A stretch of DNA of 64,000 bases from the IMG/VR virus record IMGVR_UViG_3300042865_000182, positions 43,395 to 107,394 of that record. One strand, 5' to 3'. A model generated the notes under the pieces. The model was not told the DNA's origin, ran no database searches, and was given only the letters and a program-made list of their open reading frames with translations. This DNA comes from a virus. Positions 63,955-64,000 of this stretch are shown piece after piece; position 1 is the first letter of the stretch, and each line of letters begins with the position of its first letter. The position numbers and the translations under genes were made by a program.

Positions 63955-64000
63955 AATTTCAAAGCTTTAGTTATTAATTCTTTTGCTGCAACATCTCTTC

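Noticed and set aside
43770-63970. Nested or opposite-strand ORFs in the replication block (e.g. 51988..52653, 49768..50157, 59204..59404)
   Set aside because: They overlap better-supported, tightly coupled genes.
1-64000. Stop-codon reassignment as in some crAss-like phages
   Set aside because: ORFs up to 10 kb are intact under code 11, and TAA, TAG and TGA all end genes at tight junctions.
40765-64000. tRNA genes
   Set aside because: Intergenic gaps are short and I saw no cloverleaf or T-loop signatures. A tRNAscan-SE run would confirm.

Overview
AT-rich 64-kb slice of a crAss-like (Crassvirales-type) phage genome, most likely infecting Bacteroidota. It uses standard genetic code 11. The left 41 kb (+ strand) is a virion operon. 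It starts with a 5'-truncated tail stabilisation/muzzle-like gene and four putative internal cargo genes. Three giant ejection proteins follow: 2472 aa with a PD-(D/E)XK nuclease; 3415 aa virion RNA polymerase with a zincin domain and DFDVD motif; 2774 aa with two zincin motifs, LysM and a TM helix. The right 23 kb (- strand, converging on a terminator at ~40.9 kb) is the replication/early module: MazG-like NTPase, family B DNA polymerase, PD-(D/E)XK exonuclease, MoxR AAA+/vWA-zincin pair, GIY-YIG protein, primase, SSB, a Sak4/AAA_24 ATPase split by a group I intron with an HNH endonuclease, DnaB, UNG and many small genes. Five patterns stand out. (1) The three giant proteins (8661 aa) have only four cysteines, all at termini that abut in gene order, suggesting a head-to-tail disulfide chain. 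(2) Small genes at 61.1-63.1 kb form a cassette-like array joined by a repeated TTTAAATCAGAATAGAATG stop/start junction. (3) Repeat-bounded domain cassettes sit inside the giant proteins. (4) Cargo proteins share xxGG tags. (5) A palindrome-N20-TAnnTTTA promoter-like motif occurs twice. All functional calls come from motif recognition by eye, not from database searches.
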